A DNA stretch of 47,419 nt from an uncultured Candidatus Saccharimonas sp. (GCA_943358095.1 CALRGT010000006.1:1-47419), one strand, 5' to 3'; counted from the stretch's first letter, positions 9,149 to 18,595 are shown. The notes: generated by a model from the sequence alone, not told the origin. Translations and numbers: made by a program.

Positions 9149-10423
9149 ATGAAGATATTCAAGAAAAAATACATCAAAGGCAATAAAAAAGGATTTATTT
9201 TGTTGCGCCACCATCCTTTTATTGTTCCTGTGCTGACTTTCTTGGTTTTGTTTAGTGTTACTGCAGCAGTATTCGTGCTGACTGGTGGTGAATCTCTTAA
9301 GCTTGCTAACTCACACTCAGTAATAGTTACGCACGATAGGGTCAAACAAACTGTACCGACTCAAGCAAGTAATGTTGGGGAGCTCTTAAAGAAGCTAAAT
9401 ATTGTCTTGAACGAAGGTGATATCGTCGAGCCTGCCGTTGATTTTCCTATCCTAGAAGACAATTTTAGAATAAACGTTTACCGTGCTCATCCAGTTACTA
9501 TCGTAGATGGAGACCACAAAGTGCTGGCATTTAATGCCGCCGCTACACCAAGATCTATCGCAGCTAAAGCAGGTATTACAGTTTATGCAGAGGATGGCAT
9601 TACTTCGCAACCATCTGACGATATTATCAACGAAGCAATTATCGAGAAAATAGTAATAGACAGGGCAGTGGCAGTTAATTTAAACCTTTACGGTACGCCT
9701 GTAACTATCAGGAGTCATGCCAATACGGTTGGTGATATATTGGCAGAAAAAAATGTTAAGCTCGCGAAAGATGACGTGGTGACACCTAATGCTTCAACAC
9801 CAATAACTTCAGACATACAAGTTTTTGTAACTAGAAACGGTACACAGATATCTACTATTGAAGAAATTGTCGGTTTCGAGACTCAAACCGTCGACGACTC
9901 TAGCCTTTCATTCGGAACAACTGCAGTACGTCAAAATGGCGTTGAAGGTAAAAGGCTGGTTACTTATCAAATAAATCTAGTAAATGGTGTTGAGGTGTCG
10001 CGAGTAAAAATACAAGAAGTTACAGCACTCACTCCAATAAACAGGATTATTGCACGAGGTCGAGCTATCTCTATACCTGCCGACAAGACGGAGATAATGG
10101 CTGCAGTTGGAATAGCCCCGTCCGACTACCCATATGTCTATTATATTATTAATCACGAAAACGCATTATGGTGTCCAACTAGGTGGCAAGGTCAATTTAC
10201 TTGCCCATCATACTATGCAGAAAAGTACCCAGGCGCAGAAACAGTTACGACTTTAGGATATGGACTATGTCAGTCTACGCCAGCGATTAAAATGTCTTCG
10301 GCAGGAGCTGACTGGCGTACTAATGTGGTTACTCAGATGAGGTGGTGTACTGATTATGCGATGCGTCGCTACGGTACTTGGGAGGCGGCCTATAATTACT
10401 GGGTTGCTCATCGAAATTGGTAA
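9149..10423 (+). CDS. RpfB/YabE-like cell-wall protein: TM anchor, three DUF348 (ubiquitin-like) repeats, G5 domain, lysozyme-like transglycosylase domain
   Basis: Repeated T-x3-V-G-x-L-L ... D-x-V-x-P units, G5-like RQNGVEG, C-terminal HE...YGLCQ...KMSSAGADWRTN...Y-x3-RYG; lies directly upstream of rsmA as rpfB/yabE do. Confidence 0.85.
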   Translation: MKIFKKKYIKGNKKGFILLRHHPFIVPVLTFLVLFSVTAAVFVLTGGESLKLANSHSVIVTHDRVKQTVPTQASNVGELLKKLNIVLNEGDIVEPAVDFPILEDNFRINVYRAHPVTIVDGDHKVLAFNAAATPRSIAAKAGITVYAEDGITSQPSDDIINEAIIEKIVIDRAVAVNLNLYGTPVTIRSHANTVGDILAEKNVKLAKDDVVTPNASTPITSDIQVFVTRNGTQISTIEEIVGFETQTVDDSSLSFGTTAVRQNGVEGKRLVTYQINLVNGVEVSRVKIQEVTALTPINRIIARGRAISIPADKTEIMAAVGIAPSDYPYVYYIINHENALWCPTRWQGQFTCPSYYAEKYPGAETVTTLGYGLCQSTPAIKMSSAGADWRTNVVTQMRWCTDYAMRRYGTWEAAYNYWVAHRNW

Positions 10424-10467
10424 GATGCTTTCGTTATAAACTTCTAAACTGCTACAATTAAGTGTAT

Positions 10468-11289
10468 ATGAGGAAAGATATCGACACAGCTTATGCGAAA
10501 GTTTCAATCGGCCAGCACTGGCTAGATGACGAGCGGTCACTAGAAGCTATGTGTGCAGGGGCAGACATTAAGGCTGGCGATCATGTGCTAGAAATCGGTC
10601 CTGGCCATGGCACACTTACCAAGAAGTTGATAGATCGAGGCGCCTTTGTGACTGCCGTAGAAATAGACCTTGACCTGACTTATGAACTAAAGGGTAAGTT
10701 TAGTGGCGATAATTTTCGACTTTATGTCGGCAGCATTCTTCAGTTTGACTTCAATACACTACCTAAAGGATACAAAGTTGTCGCTAATATCCCATACTAC
10801 TTAACTAGTAATTTACTTAGACTGTTGTGTGAGAGCACTAATCCATTTTCGTTTGCGTCATTGCTTGTACAAAAGGAAGTAGCCGAAAGAGTTGCAGCAA
10901 AGCCTGGAGATATGAGCTTGCTTAGTGTTAGCGTGCAGTTTTATTGCAATACTGGAGTAGGCCCTGTGGTTCCTGCCAAGTTGTTTTCTCCGCCACCAAA
11001 AGTCGACTCTCAAATACTATTGCTTGAATACACCGGTCCGAAATTTGTAGATGTAGATCGTAAACAGTTCTTCCAGCTAGTTAGAGCGGGCTTTAGTGAA
11101 CGACGCAAAAAGTTGATAAATTCTCTCAGCGGGGGCTTTAATATATCGAAAAAAGACGCCAAATTATTATTAGAGACTGCAGGAATTGATCCTCATAGGC
11201 GAGCACAAGAGTTGTCCTTGATTGACTGGCACAATCTGTATAAGGTAGTGCAGAATTCAAAAGCTCCACCCGCACAAATATATACTTGA
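10468..11289 (+). CDS. rsmA: 16S rRNA m6,2A dimethyltransferase RsmA/KsgA
   Basis: GQHWL, VLEIGPGHG, VVANIPYY, QKEVAER, FSPPPKVDS, FSERRKKL. ATG 10468 chosen as start. Confidence 0.96.
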   Translation: MRKDIDTAYAKVSIGQHWLDDERSLEAMCAGADIKAGDHVLEIGPGHGTLTKKLIDRGAFVTAVEIDLDLTYELKGKFSGDNFRLYVGSILQFDFNTLPKGYKVVANIPYYLTSNLLRLLCESTNPFSFASLLVQKEVAERVAAKPGDMSLLSVSVQFYCNTGVGPVVPAKLFSPPPKVDSQILLLEYTGPKFVDVDRKQFFQLVRAGFSERRKKLINSLSGGFNISKKDAKLLLETAGIDPHRRAQELSLIDWHNLYKVVQNSKAPPAQIYT

Positions 11290-11314
11290 CGTGTTAAGTA
11301 TTAATATATAGAAT
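11282..11314 (+). promoter_or_regulatory. Sigma70 promoter of marR-MFS with an overlapping inverted repeat (probable MarR operator)
   Basis: -35 TTGACG 11286-11291, 17 bp spacer, -10 TAGAAT 11309-11314; inverted repeat ATACTTGAC-GT-GTTAAGTAT at 11282-11301 (one mismatch). Confidence 0.7.
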
Positions 11315-11322
11315 TATTCGGT

Positions 11323-11781
11323 ATGAGGCCCATTAATAATACTGGCTATCTTATGCAGAGATTATCTTTTCTGCTAGCTCGTCAGTCGGATCAAATACTA
11401 CAAGAACAATTAGGAATTGGTCATTCACAGTTTAAAATTTTGATGGTGTTAGGCTGGGATCCAAATATTGGACAAAAGTGTATCGCTGACAAGTTGGGCC
11501 AGACAGAGGCAGCTATAAGTCGCCAGATTAAGTTGCTTAAAGAGCTTGGCATGTTAACGAGCGAAATTAATCAGACTAATCGCCGAGAGCATATAACAGT
11601 GCTGACAGCAAAGGGGCAGAGGCTGACCGACAAGGCGTTGGAAGTGCTGAACAGTTATCATGCACCAATGTTTGAGCTATTAAGCGACAAACAGAATGAA
11701 CGATTGCACGAAAGTTTATCGATAATGCACGAGTACGTATGCAGAAACGAAAAACCGGGCATCAAACACGGACTTGAATAA
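11323..11781 (+). CDS. MarR-family transcriptional regulator
   Basis: 152 aa winged HTH: QFKILM, QKCIADKL, AAISRQIKLL, NRR...LTAKG. Confidence 0.92.
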   Translation: MRPINNTGYLMQRLSFLLARQSDQILQEQLGIGHSQFKILMVLGWDPNIGQKCIADKLGQTEAAISRQIKLLKELGMLTSEINQTNRREHITVLTAKGQRLTDKALEVLNSYHAPMFELLSDKQNERLHESLSIMHEYVCRNEKPGIKHGLE

Positions 11782-11805
11782 AAATAATAGAGGATAGGGA
11801 TAAAA

Positions 11806-13095
11806 GTGGAAAAATTGAAGAGTAACCTTAATAGTCGTCTAGAAAAAAAGGCGCTACCAATAGTAATATTGACCATCTTTTTAGATGTGCTCGGTGTTGG
11901 TATATTGATGCCAGTATTGCCGCAATTAATATTTAGAATATTTGAGCCAGCTGGCTACAGCTACCACACATCTCTAATAATTTTGGGTTGGCTGACAGCT
12001 ATTTATCCATTGATGCAGTTTTTGTCTACGCCAATTCTTGGTCAGCTAAGTGACAGGTACGGCCGTAAGTCTATACTTGGATTCAGCCTTTTTGGTACAG
12101 CAATAGGCTACGCCTTGTTTGCCATAGGTATTATCACCAAGAACATTCCTCTGTTATTTTTCGCTCGAGCTATGGACGGTATAACTGGTGGAAACTTGAG
12201 TGTTGCAAGGGCTGTAATTGCCGATGTTAGTCCTCCTGAAAAGCGAACCAAGAACTTTGGTTTGATTGGGGCAGCATTTGGTTTTGGATTTGTTATGGGG
12301 CCATATATTGGAGCCCGATTAGCAGCTCCAAACGTTTCATTTTTTGGTCTACTTAATACGCCGCACTGGTTTGGTCCGGCAGTTCCATTTTGGTTCACTG
12401 CAATTCTGAGTGTTGTTAACACGCTGTTAGTCCTATTTATTTTGCCAGAAACTCACAAGCACATTAACACTAAGCTCAAAATGGCATGGACTAAGTCTAT
12501 AGACAACATTCGACACGCCGCTGCTCACCCATCCCTTAGGATAATTTTTGCATCTGAATTCTTGTTCTGGGGAGGCTTCACCTTCTTTACTACATTCTTC
12601 CAGATTCTGTTGATTCAAAAACTCGGCTTTAAGGTTAACAATGTTGGAGATTTCTTTGCTTATATCGGTGTATGTATTGCGTTAACGCAGGGATTATTAA
12701 CACCAAGACTCGCCAAGCGCTTTACCAACCAACAGATTCTTAGGGTTAGTATTCCAGGTTTAGGTTTTGCATTATTTCTACAGACATTGCCACACAACAC
12801 TACTCAGCTATTGATGGTCGCTCCATTCATTGCTCTATTTAATGGTCTAACTATGGCTAACATCTCGGCGCTAGTTAGTCTTTCTGCTGACAAGAAAATT
12901 CAGGGTGAAGTTCTTGGAATCGAAGCTAGCGTTCAAGCTTTGGCTCAAGCCATACCGGCAATTATTGCTGGCTACATTGCGGTACTTGGTGTTAGCGTGC
13001 CTGTAATAGTCGGCGGGTCAGTAGTTCTTGCTGGTGGGTTAGTATTTAACTTGTTCTACCGTTCGGCCAAAACTCCGGTTAGTGACGCTACGTAA
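11806..13095 (+). CDS. MFS drug:H+ antiporter (TetA/DHA1-like)
   Basis: About 12 TMs; TM1 FLDVLGVG, motif A GQLSDRYGRK, R-x2-DG-x-TGG, motif C GAAFGFGFVMGP. Confidence 0.9.
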   Translation: MEKLKSNLNSRLEKKALPIVILTIFLDVLGVGILMPVLPQLIFRIFEPAGYSYHTSLIILGWLTAIYPLMQFLSTPILGQLSDRYGRKSILGFSLFGTAIGYALFAIGIITKNIPLLFFARAMDGITGGNLSVARAVIADVSPPEKRTKNFGLIGAAFGFGFVMGPYIGARLAAPNVSFFGLLNTPHWFGPAVPFWFTAILSVVNTLLVLFILPETHKHINTKLKMAWTKSIDNIRHAAAHPSLRIIFASEFLFWGGFTFFTTFFQILLIQKLGFKVNNVGDFFAYIGVCIALTQGLLTPRLAKRFTNQQILRVSIPGLGFALFLQTLPHNTTQLLMVAPFIALFNGLTMANISALVSLSADKKIQGEVLGIEASVQALAQAIPAIIAGYIAVLGVSVPVIVGGSVVLAGGLVFNLFYRSAKTPVSDAT

Positions 13096-13101
13096 AAGCT
13101 A

Positions 13102-13131
13102 TAGACATAAGCAGTGTTATTCTGGTATAAT
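13102..13131 (+). promoter_or_regulatory. Promoter of tmRNA
   Basis: TAGACA 13102-13107, 18 bp spacer, extended -10 TGG-TATAAT ending 13131. Confidence 0.6.
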
Positions 13132-13159
13132 ATACTTACTGTCGTAAGGCGGTATATGT

Positions 13160-13550
13160 GGGGCTGAATTTAAGCTCGACGTCGGTCCTTCTCGGTTAGA
13201 TCAGCAGGTCGCTTGCTTAGCGTTATAGGGCAAAATTGTAATTGCAAACGCTTTTACTCGCGTACGAGATTTTGTAGCTAGTGCTTTTGCACCAAGCGCA
13301 ATGTTCGCCGGCGCAACAGCTTAAGTTACGACTTAATGCCGTGCCACGCAAGACGCCAAATATTGTAATGGTACGCCAAATCATTTGGCCGCTCATTATC
13401 GATAATCCGTAGATAGTGCTAAGACTTTCGGATTAAACGCTCTGACTTTTTGATTGTTTCTATGTCAGACGTATTCAAACAATCTACACCTGTAGGATAG
13501 ACTAACTGTTAGGCTAACGGACGCGGGGGCGGTACCCGCCAGCTCCTCCA
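13160..13550 (+). ncRNA. ssrA: tmRNA (one-piece, 391 nt); predicted tag ANAFTRVRDFVASAFAPSAMFAGATA* at 13244-13324
   Basis: 5' GGGGCTG pairs with 3' CAGCTCC (13540-13546) including G3-U70; TCGAC after the D-loop region; GGAC followed by T-stem GCGGG/CCCGC; encoded CCA 13548-13550; internal ORF starts GCA AAC after TAATT and ends in Ala. Confidence 0.92.
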
Positions 13551-13558
13551 TAGTAAAC

Positions 13559-13592
13559 ACCTCACTTTAAAAGAGTGGGGTTTTTGCTTTTT
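13559..13592 (+). terminator. Intrinsic terminator after tmRNA
   Basis: Stem CCTCACTTT/AGAGTGGGG with a 3-nt loop, followed by TTTTTGCTTTTT. Confidence 0.75.
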
Positions 13593-13643
13593 ATGAGTAG
13601 ATAAAATCACTACATTTTAAGAATATTTGATAAGATGGTTGTA

Positions 13644-14279
13644 ATGGATAAGTCTTCACAAAGAGAACATAATATTCGCTCACTAGCTTGGGGTCTGACA
13701 GTGCTTGTAGCATTTGTGGCGATAATTGGTTGGGGTCAAAGCTTGCAATGGCAACTAGATAGCTTGTCGACCTATCAAATCTTTCCACTACTCGGTCTTG
13801 TTGCTTTTAGTCTGCTGTGGTCGCATTATATGGTCGGAGCTTTGCAGCGCTATTTAAAGCTCGACCACGCGGTTTTCAAAAATTATTACGAACTGACTGG
13901 TTATGCTGTACTGTTGGCGATTTTGCTTCACCCCGGACTACTGATCTGGCAGCTCTGGCAAGATGGTGTTGGGTTGCCGCCAAACAGCTATCTAACATAC
14001 GTTGGCAAAAGCATGCACGCTACGGTGATTTTAGGTACTATAAGCCTTGTGCTGTTTTTAGCTTACGAATTACGACGGATTTTTGGTAACAAAAGCTGGT
14101 GGAAATTTATAAGCTCAGCTTCTGACATTGGTATGTTGCTGATTGTGGTTCACTCATTACGACTGGGATCTCAACTACAATATGGCTGGTTACAGACAGT
14201 ATGGTATTTTTATGGAATTAGTCTAATCATAGCGCTAATTTATAAATACCTACATCGTCAACCACAAAAATCTCTGTAA
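13644..14279 (+). CDS. Integral membrane protein, ferric-reductase/MsrQ-like transmembrane domain
   Basis: About 6 TMs with membrane His residues (LLHP, VVHS) and a W-W-K loop as in Ferric_reduct-like domains. ATG 13644 or 13635. Confidence 0.5.
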   Translation: MDKSSQREHNIRSLAWGLTVLVAFVAIIGWGQSLQWQLDSLSTYQIFPLLGLVAFSLLWSHYMVGALQRYLKLDHAVFKNYYELTGYAVLLAILLHPGLLIWQLWQDGVGLPPNSYLTYVGKSMHATVILGTISLVLFLAYELRRIFGNKSWWKFISSASDIGMLLIVVHSLRLGSQLQYGWLQTVWYFYGISLIIALIYKYLHRQPQKSL

Positions 14280-14353
14280 GTTTCTAGACTTTATTCTATA
14301 TAATATTGGCTTTAAAACTTCTATCAGAACAACAAACAAGGTAAACTAATAAT

Positions 14354-15799
14354 ATGAACTATTTTGTCACCACCTCTATTCCGTATGTTAATGGCGAGCC
14401 ACACATTGGGCACGCAATGGAACTTGTACTTGCAGACGTGTTAGCGAGAGCTGCACGGCAACAAGGCAAGCCAGTGATATTTTCTACTGGAACAGACGAG
14501 CACGGTAGTAAAGTGGCCGAAAAAGCCGAATCGCTAAAACTCAAACCTAAAGAATTCGCAGATAAGATTAGTCAGCAATTTCGTGACTTACAGAAGCTAC
14601 TCGACATCAGTAATGACCGGTTTATTCGTACTACTGACGCAGGTCACGAACAGCGTGCACAAATTATTTGGAAAGCAATCGAAAAAGACGTCTACAAAAG
14701 CAAGTATATCGGCTTGTACTGTGTTGGTTGTGAGGCCTACGTTACAGAAGCAGTTGCTAAAGAAAACGCTGGAGTGTGCCCACATCACAAAACCCCATAT
14801 CAAAAATTAGAAGAAGAAAACTACTTTTTTAAACTTTCTAAGTATGGTCCAGAAATCCAGAAAGCGATTGACTCTGGAGCTTTTCAAATTCTGCCAGCAA
14901 CTAGAAAGCACGAAATTCTACACCTCATCAAAGAAGGGCTAGAAGATATTAGTATTTCACGGCCAAAAGAAAAAATATCTTGGGGAATAGCTGTTCCTGG
15001 TGACCCTAATCAAGTTATGTATGTTTGGTTTGAGGCACTAATGAACTATATTACAGTTCTTGGTTATCCTGAGCACGAAGACTTTAAGACTTTTTGGCCA
15101 GCAAATGTTCAAGTAATCGGTAAGGATATATTGCGTTTCCATGCGGCAATTTGGCCTGGAATGTTGTTGGCCCTCGGCCTTCCGTTGCCTAAGGCCCTAT
15201 ATGTCCACGGTTTTGTTAATATTAACGGTGAGAAAATCAGTAAAAGTCTTGGTAATGTAGTTCACCCTAAGGAAATCGTTGATAAATACGGCGTAGATGC
15301 CTTTAGGTATTACTTCCTGCGTCATATTCCTAGCTATGGCGACGGCGTTTTTACGTGGGAACTAATAGACAAAGCCTATAACAACGAGTTGGCTAATGAG
15401 TTGGGTAACGCCGTACAAAGAACAGTCGTTATGATTCAGAAGTATCAAAATGGTTTGATAGGTGATATTCCATCCTTTGAGCACGATGTTGCTCAGTATA
15501 ATGAGGCTTTGGAGCTGTGCAAGTTCGATAGGGCTTTGGATGAAGTTTGGGAGAAGGTTCGTGGGCTTAACCAATATATCGACGAAGAGAAGCCATGGAC
15601 TCTCGCCAAAAATAAGGAAGATGATCATTTAAAGGAAGTATTGGCTTACCAAGTTAGTTGTTTGCTGCAAATTGCCGACATGTTGACGCCGTTCTTGCCT
15701 TCTACTGCTGAAAAAATTAAAAATATTTTAGGCACCGGCATTGTTCAGGTCACCGAGACTACCCTATTCCCTAGACTTTTAGATGCCACTAAGGCGTAA
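14354..15799 (+). CDS. metG: Methionine--tRNA ligase (short form without the C-terminal dimerisation domain)
   Basis: PYVNGEPHIGH, GTDEHG, FIRTT, zinc knuckle CVGC..CPHH, YVWFEAL, GKDILRFH, KISKSLGN. Confidence 0.97.
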   Translation: MNYFVTTSIPYVNGEPHIGHAMELVLADVLARAARQQGKPVIFSTGTDEHGSKVAEKAESLKLKPKEFADKISQQFRDLQKLLDISNDRFIRTTDAGHEQRAQIIWKAIEKDVYKSKYIGLYCVGCEAYVTEAVAKENAGVCPHHKTPYQKLEEENYFFKLSKYGPEIQKAIDSGAFQILPATRKHEILHLIKEGLEDISISRPKEKISWGIAVPGDPNQVMYVWFEALMNYITVLGYPEHEDFKTFWPANVQVIGKDILRFHAAIWPGMLLALGLPLPKALYVHGFVNINGEKISKSLGNVVHPKEIVDKYGVDAFRYYFLRHIPSYGDGVFTWELIDKAYNNELANELGNAVQRTVVMIQKYQNGLIGDIPSFEHDVAQYNEALELCKFDRALDEVWEKVRGLNQYIDEEKPWTLAKNKEDDHLKEVLAYQVSCLLQIADMLTPFLPSTAEKIKNILGTGIVQVTETTLFPRLLDATKA

Positions 15800-15807
15800 T
15801 AAATAAC

Positions 15808-16620
15808 ATGAAGCAAGACGAATCTGCCGCTCAGTCAATCGTTATGAAGTCTGAGATTTTTGACACACATTGCCATATTCAATTTGACGATTATGGGCTT
15901 GATCCGGCTGATGTGATCGAATCGGCGCGGCTGGCTGGTGTAACTAGAATGATGGCAGTCGGTTGTTCGTTGCACGATAGTCAGCAGGCAATTGAGATAG
16001 CCTCAAAATACGATAATGTGTGGGCAAGCATAGGCCTGCATCCTCATGAGGCTAGTCGATATGTAGATGACGAATCAGCCATTCAGTCGTTTCGTGGTAA
16101 AGCTACTAGTCCAAAGGTTGTAGCAATAGGCGAGACTGGGCTAGATTACTTCTATAATCATTCATCAAAAGAAGATCAAAAAAAGATGCTAAGACTTCAG
16201 CTAGACATTGCCAGTCAGCACGACTTAGCATTAATATTTCATATCCGCGAGGCATTTGATGATTTTTGGGAGATTTTTGATACCTACACAGGCATAAGAG
16301 GGGTTGTTCATAGCTTTACGGCTGGCCCGAAGGAGTTGGCTCAGGTATTAGAACGTGGACTTTATGTTGGCTTGAACGGAATCATAACTTTTACAAAAAA
16401 TGTTGAGCAGTTGGAGGCGATTAAATCTATGCCTTTGCAGTCAATATTACTGGAGACAGATGCGCCCTTCTTGACCCCTGTTCCGTTAAGAGGTACAATC
16501 TGTTCGCCAGAACACGCAAGATTGACGGCAGAATTCTTGGCTAAACTAAGGGATGAATCTATCGAATTGGTAGCCTCAGTAACTACGCTGAATGCCCTAA
16601 ATTTATTTAGAATAAAATAA
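15808..16620 (+). CDS. tatD: TatD-family metal-dependent nuclease
   Basis: DTHCH, GLHPH, IGETGLDY, HIREA, VVHSF, LETDAPFL; follows metG. Confidence 0.93.
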   Translation: MKQDESAAQSIVMKSEIFDTHCHIQFDDYGLDPADVIESARLAGVTRMMAVGCSLHDSQQAIEIASKYDNVWASIGLHPHEASRYVDDESAIQSFRGKATSPKVVAIGETGLDYFYNHSSKEDQKKMLRLQLDIASQHDLALIFHIREAFDDFWEIFDTYTGIRGVVHSFTAGPKELAQVLERGLYVGLNGIITFTKNVEQLEAIKSMPLQSILLETDAPFLTPVPLRGTICSPEHARLTAEFLAKLRDESIELVASVTTLNALNLFRIK

Positions 16621-16651
16621 TTCAGACCACAACTCTAGGCAGTAAAATATT

Positions 16652-17806
16652 ATGAAAAATAAGACAATTTATTTAGATTATGCAGCAGCAACGCCTGTCG
16701 ATAAGACGGTCTTGGCGGCTATGTTGCCTTATTTTAGTGATAAGTTTTACAATCCGTCAGCTAATTATTTGGCTGCTCATGAAGTTAGCGAAGACTTAAA
16801 ATTAGCCAGACAAAAAGTAGCAAATATATTGGGTGTACGTTCCAGTGAAATTATCTTTACTTCTGGTGGTACGGAAGCAAATAACTTGGCGATAAATGGC
16901 ATAATGAGCCAATATCCAGATGCGAATGTCGTTGTTAGCAGTACTGACCATCATTCTGTTTTAGAGCCGGCAAGTAAGTACGATCACAGGCTAGTACCAG
17001 TCAATCAAAAGGGTGATATAGATATGATTGCGCTCGATAAGGCTATCGACGACAACACCGTACTTGTAAGTGTTATGTATGCTAATAACGAGATAGGCAC
17101 GATTAGTCCAGTCAAGGACATTGCAAAGATGATAGAGGCAAAGTTAAAGCAACGACAAGCTGGCAAGACAAATAAATTACCTCTACTCCTGCACACCGAT
17201 GCTTGCCAAGCCGGTGCTTATCTAGACTTGCATATTAGTCGCCTTGGAGTGGATTTGATGACGCTTAATGGTGGCAAGATATATGGGCCGAAGCAATCCG
17301 GTGTTTTGATGGTAAAAACTGGGGTAAATCTTGCGGCTCAAATACTTGGTGGCGGCCAGGAGGCTAGTCGTCGTAGTGGTACCGAGAATGTGGCTGGTTG
17401 TATAGGTTTTGGAACGGCTCTTGAACTTGTCCAGAACCGTCGCAGTCTTGAAGTTCTCCGGTTGACTGAATTACGAGATTTATTCATCAAAAAACTTATA
17501 AATACTATTGATGGCTGTGTGATTAACGGTTCGTTGTCTCGTAGGCTTCCAAACAATGTCCATGTTACTTTCCCTGGGGTAGATAATGAGCGTTTAATGA
17601 TGGAATTAGATGAAGTGGGAATATTGTGTGCAGTTGGATCGGCTTGTTCGGCATCCAGCGACGAGCCATCACACGTCTTAAAAGCTATAGGGCTATCTGA
17701 TGCAGAAGCAGAATCATCTCTACGTTTCACTATGGGTATAGATACAAATAACAAAGATATCGACAAGTTGATCGGTGAGTTAAAAAGGCTTGTTTTCACT
17801 AAGTAA
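16652..17806 (+). CDS. iscS: Cysteine desulfurase (IscS/NifS family)
   Basis: YLDYAAATP, FTSGGTEANN, NNEIGT, HTDACQ, PLP lysine in NGGKIYGPK, RSGTENV, GSACS, SLRFT. Confidence 0.93.
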   Translation: MKNKTIYLDYAAATPVDKTVLAAMLPYFSDKFYNPSANYLAAHEVSEDLKLARQKVANILGVRSSEIIFTSGGTEANNLAINGIMSQYPDANVVVSSTDHHSVLEPASKYDHRLVPVNQKGDIDMIALDKAIDDNTVLVSVMYANNEIGTISPVKDIAKMIEAKLKQRQAGKTNKLPLLLHTDACQAGAYLDLHISRLGVDLMTLNGGKIYGPKQSGVLMVKTGVNLAAQILGGGQEASRRSGTENVAGCIGFGTALELVQNRRSLEVLRLTELRDLFIKKLINTIDGCVINGSLSRRLPNNVHVTFPGVDNERLMMELDEVGILCAVGSACSASSDEPSHVLKAIGLSDAEAESSLRFTMGIDTNNKDIDKLIGELKRLVFTK

Positions 17807-17935
17807 GTATTTAGTGTTTTGCGGCGCCTTCTACAGATTAAAATATATAGTCTTAATTGTTTCTTTTATGACTATTTTGGAGTATATTTAATAGTAAAGC
17901 TTAAGTGCTAATGTTAATAAGTAGGTGGGAAACTT

Positions 17936-18595
17936 GTGAATCTGACGACCTTGATAGTGATATTGGCAGGAATCATCGTGTTATCTGCTGCTTTGATTTG
18001 GCTGATTCTCAGAGATAAAGACGCTCCCTCCAAGGATAAAAAGAGTAAGCTAAAGCAATCAAAGGATGAAGCCAGTAAGCCTAAGGGTGAGGCTTATAGC
18101 GACACGGCAGAAGCTGATGTTGAGCATATATTTAATGATGAGTTTCGTGAAGAGCTACGCAACAGGGGTAGACTACACTTCGAGAAAATTATTAGCGAAA
18201 ATGCTATGTTTCTGCAGCAAGACTTACGAATTACCACTTCTCAGCTCAATGACTACATGAAGGACGAGATTACTCGCACTCTTCAAGAAGAGTTTACTAA
18301 GTACGAAGAGTCCATTGCTGATGCTAAGAAGATAGCTATTGAATCTATCAACAAGACTCAAACTGTCATAGAACAACAGAGACAAATGCTTGGTGATCAG
18401 CTACAAAAACAAATTGCTGGAGAAAAGGATAGTTTGTTGTCGAGATTTGACGAGAACATGGCCGAAATTGTGAATCATTATGTATTGGCAGCAATTGGAG
18501 ACCAGATTGACCTCAGTGATCAGCTAGAATATATCCTTAACGATCTAGAGGCCAATAAAGAACAAATTATTGAGGATATTCGTAATGGAGCATAG
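17936..18595 (+). CDS. Membrane-anchored coiled-coil protein, probable stator (subunit b-like) of the F1-like cluster
   Basis: N-terminal TM helix followed by a long charged helical region; occupies the atpF position before the delta-like and alpha genes and overlaps the next gene. Confidence 0.55.
   Translation: MNLTTLIVILAGIIVLSAALIWLILRDKDAPSKDKKSKLKQSKDEASKPKGEAYSDTAEADVEHIFNDEFREELRNRGRLHFEKIISENAMFLQQDLRITTSQLNDYMKDEITRTLQEEFTKYEESIADAKKIAIESINKTQTVIEQQRQMLGDQLQKQIAGEKDSLLSRFDENMAEIVNHYVLAAIGDQIDLSDQLEYILNDLEANKEQIIEDIRNGA

Noticed and set aside
13160-13550. Permuted two-piece tmRNA, suggested by the GGCGGUA T-loop
   Set aside because: The acceptor 5' strand, tag ORF and CCA end are in the standard one-piece order.
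13160-14279. Genomic island integrated at the tmRNA 3' end
   Set aside because: No integrase, and I saw no duplicated ssrA 3' fragment; metG follows within about 800 bp.
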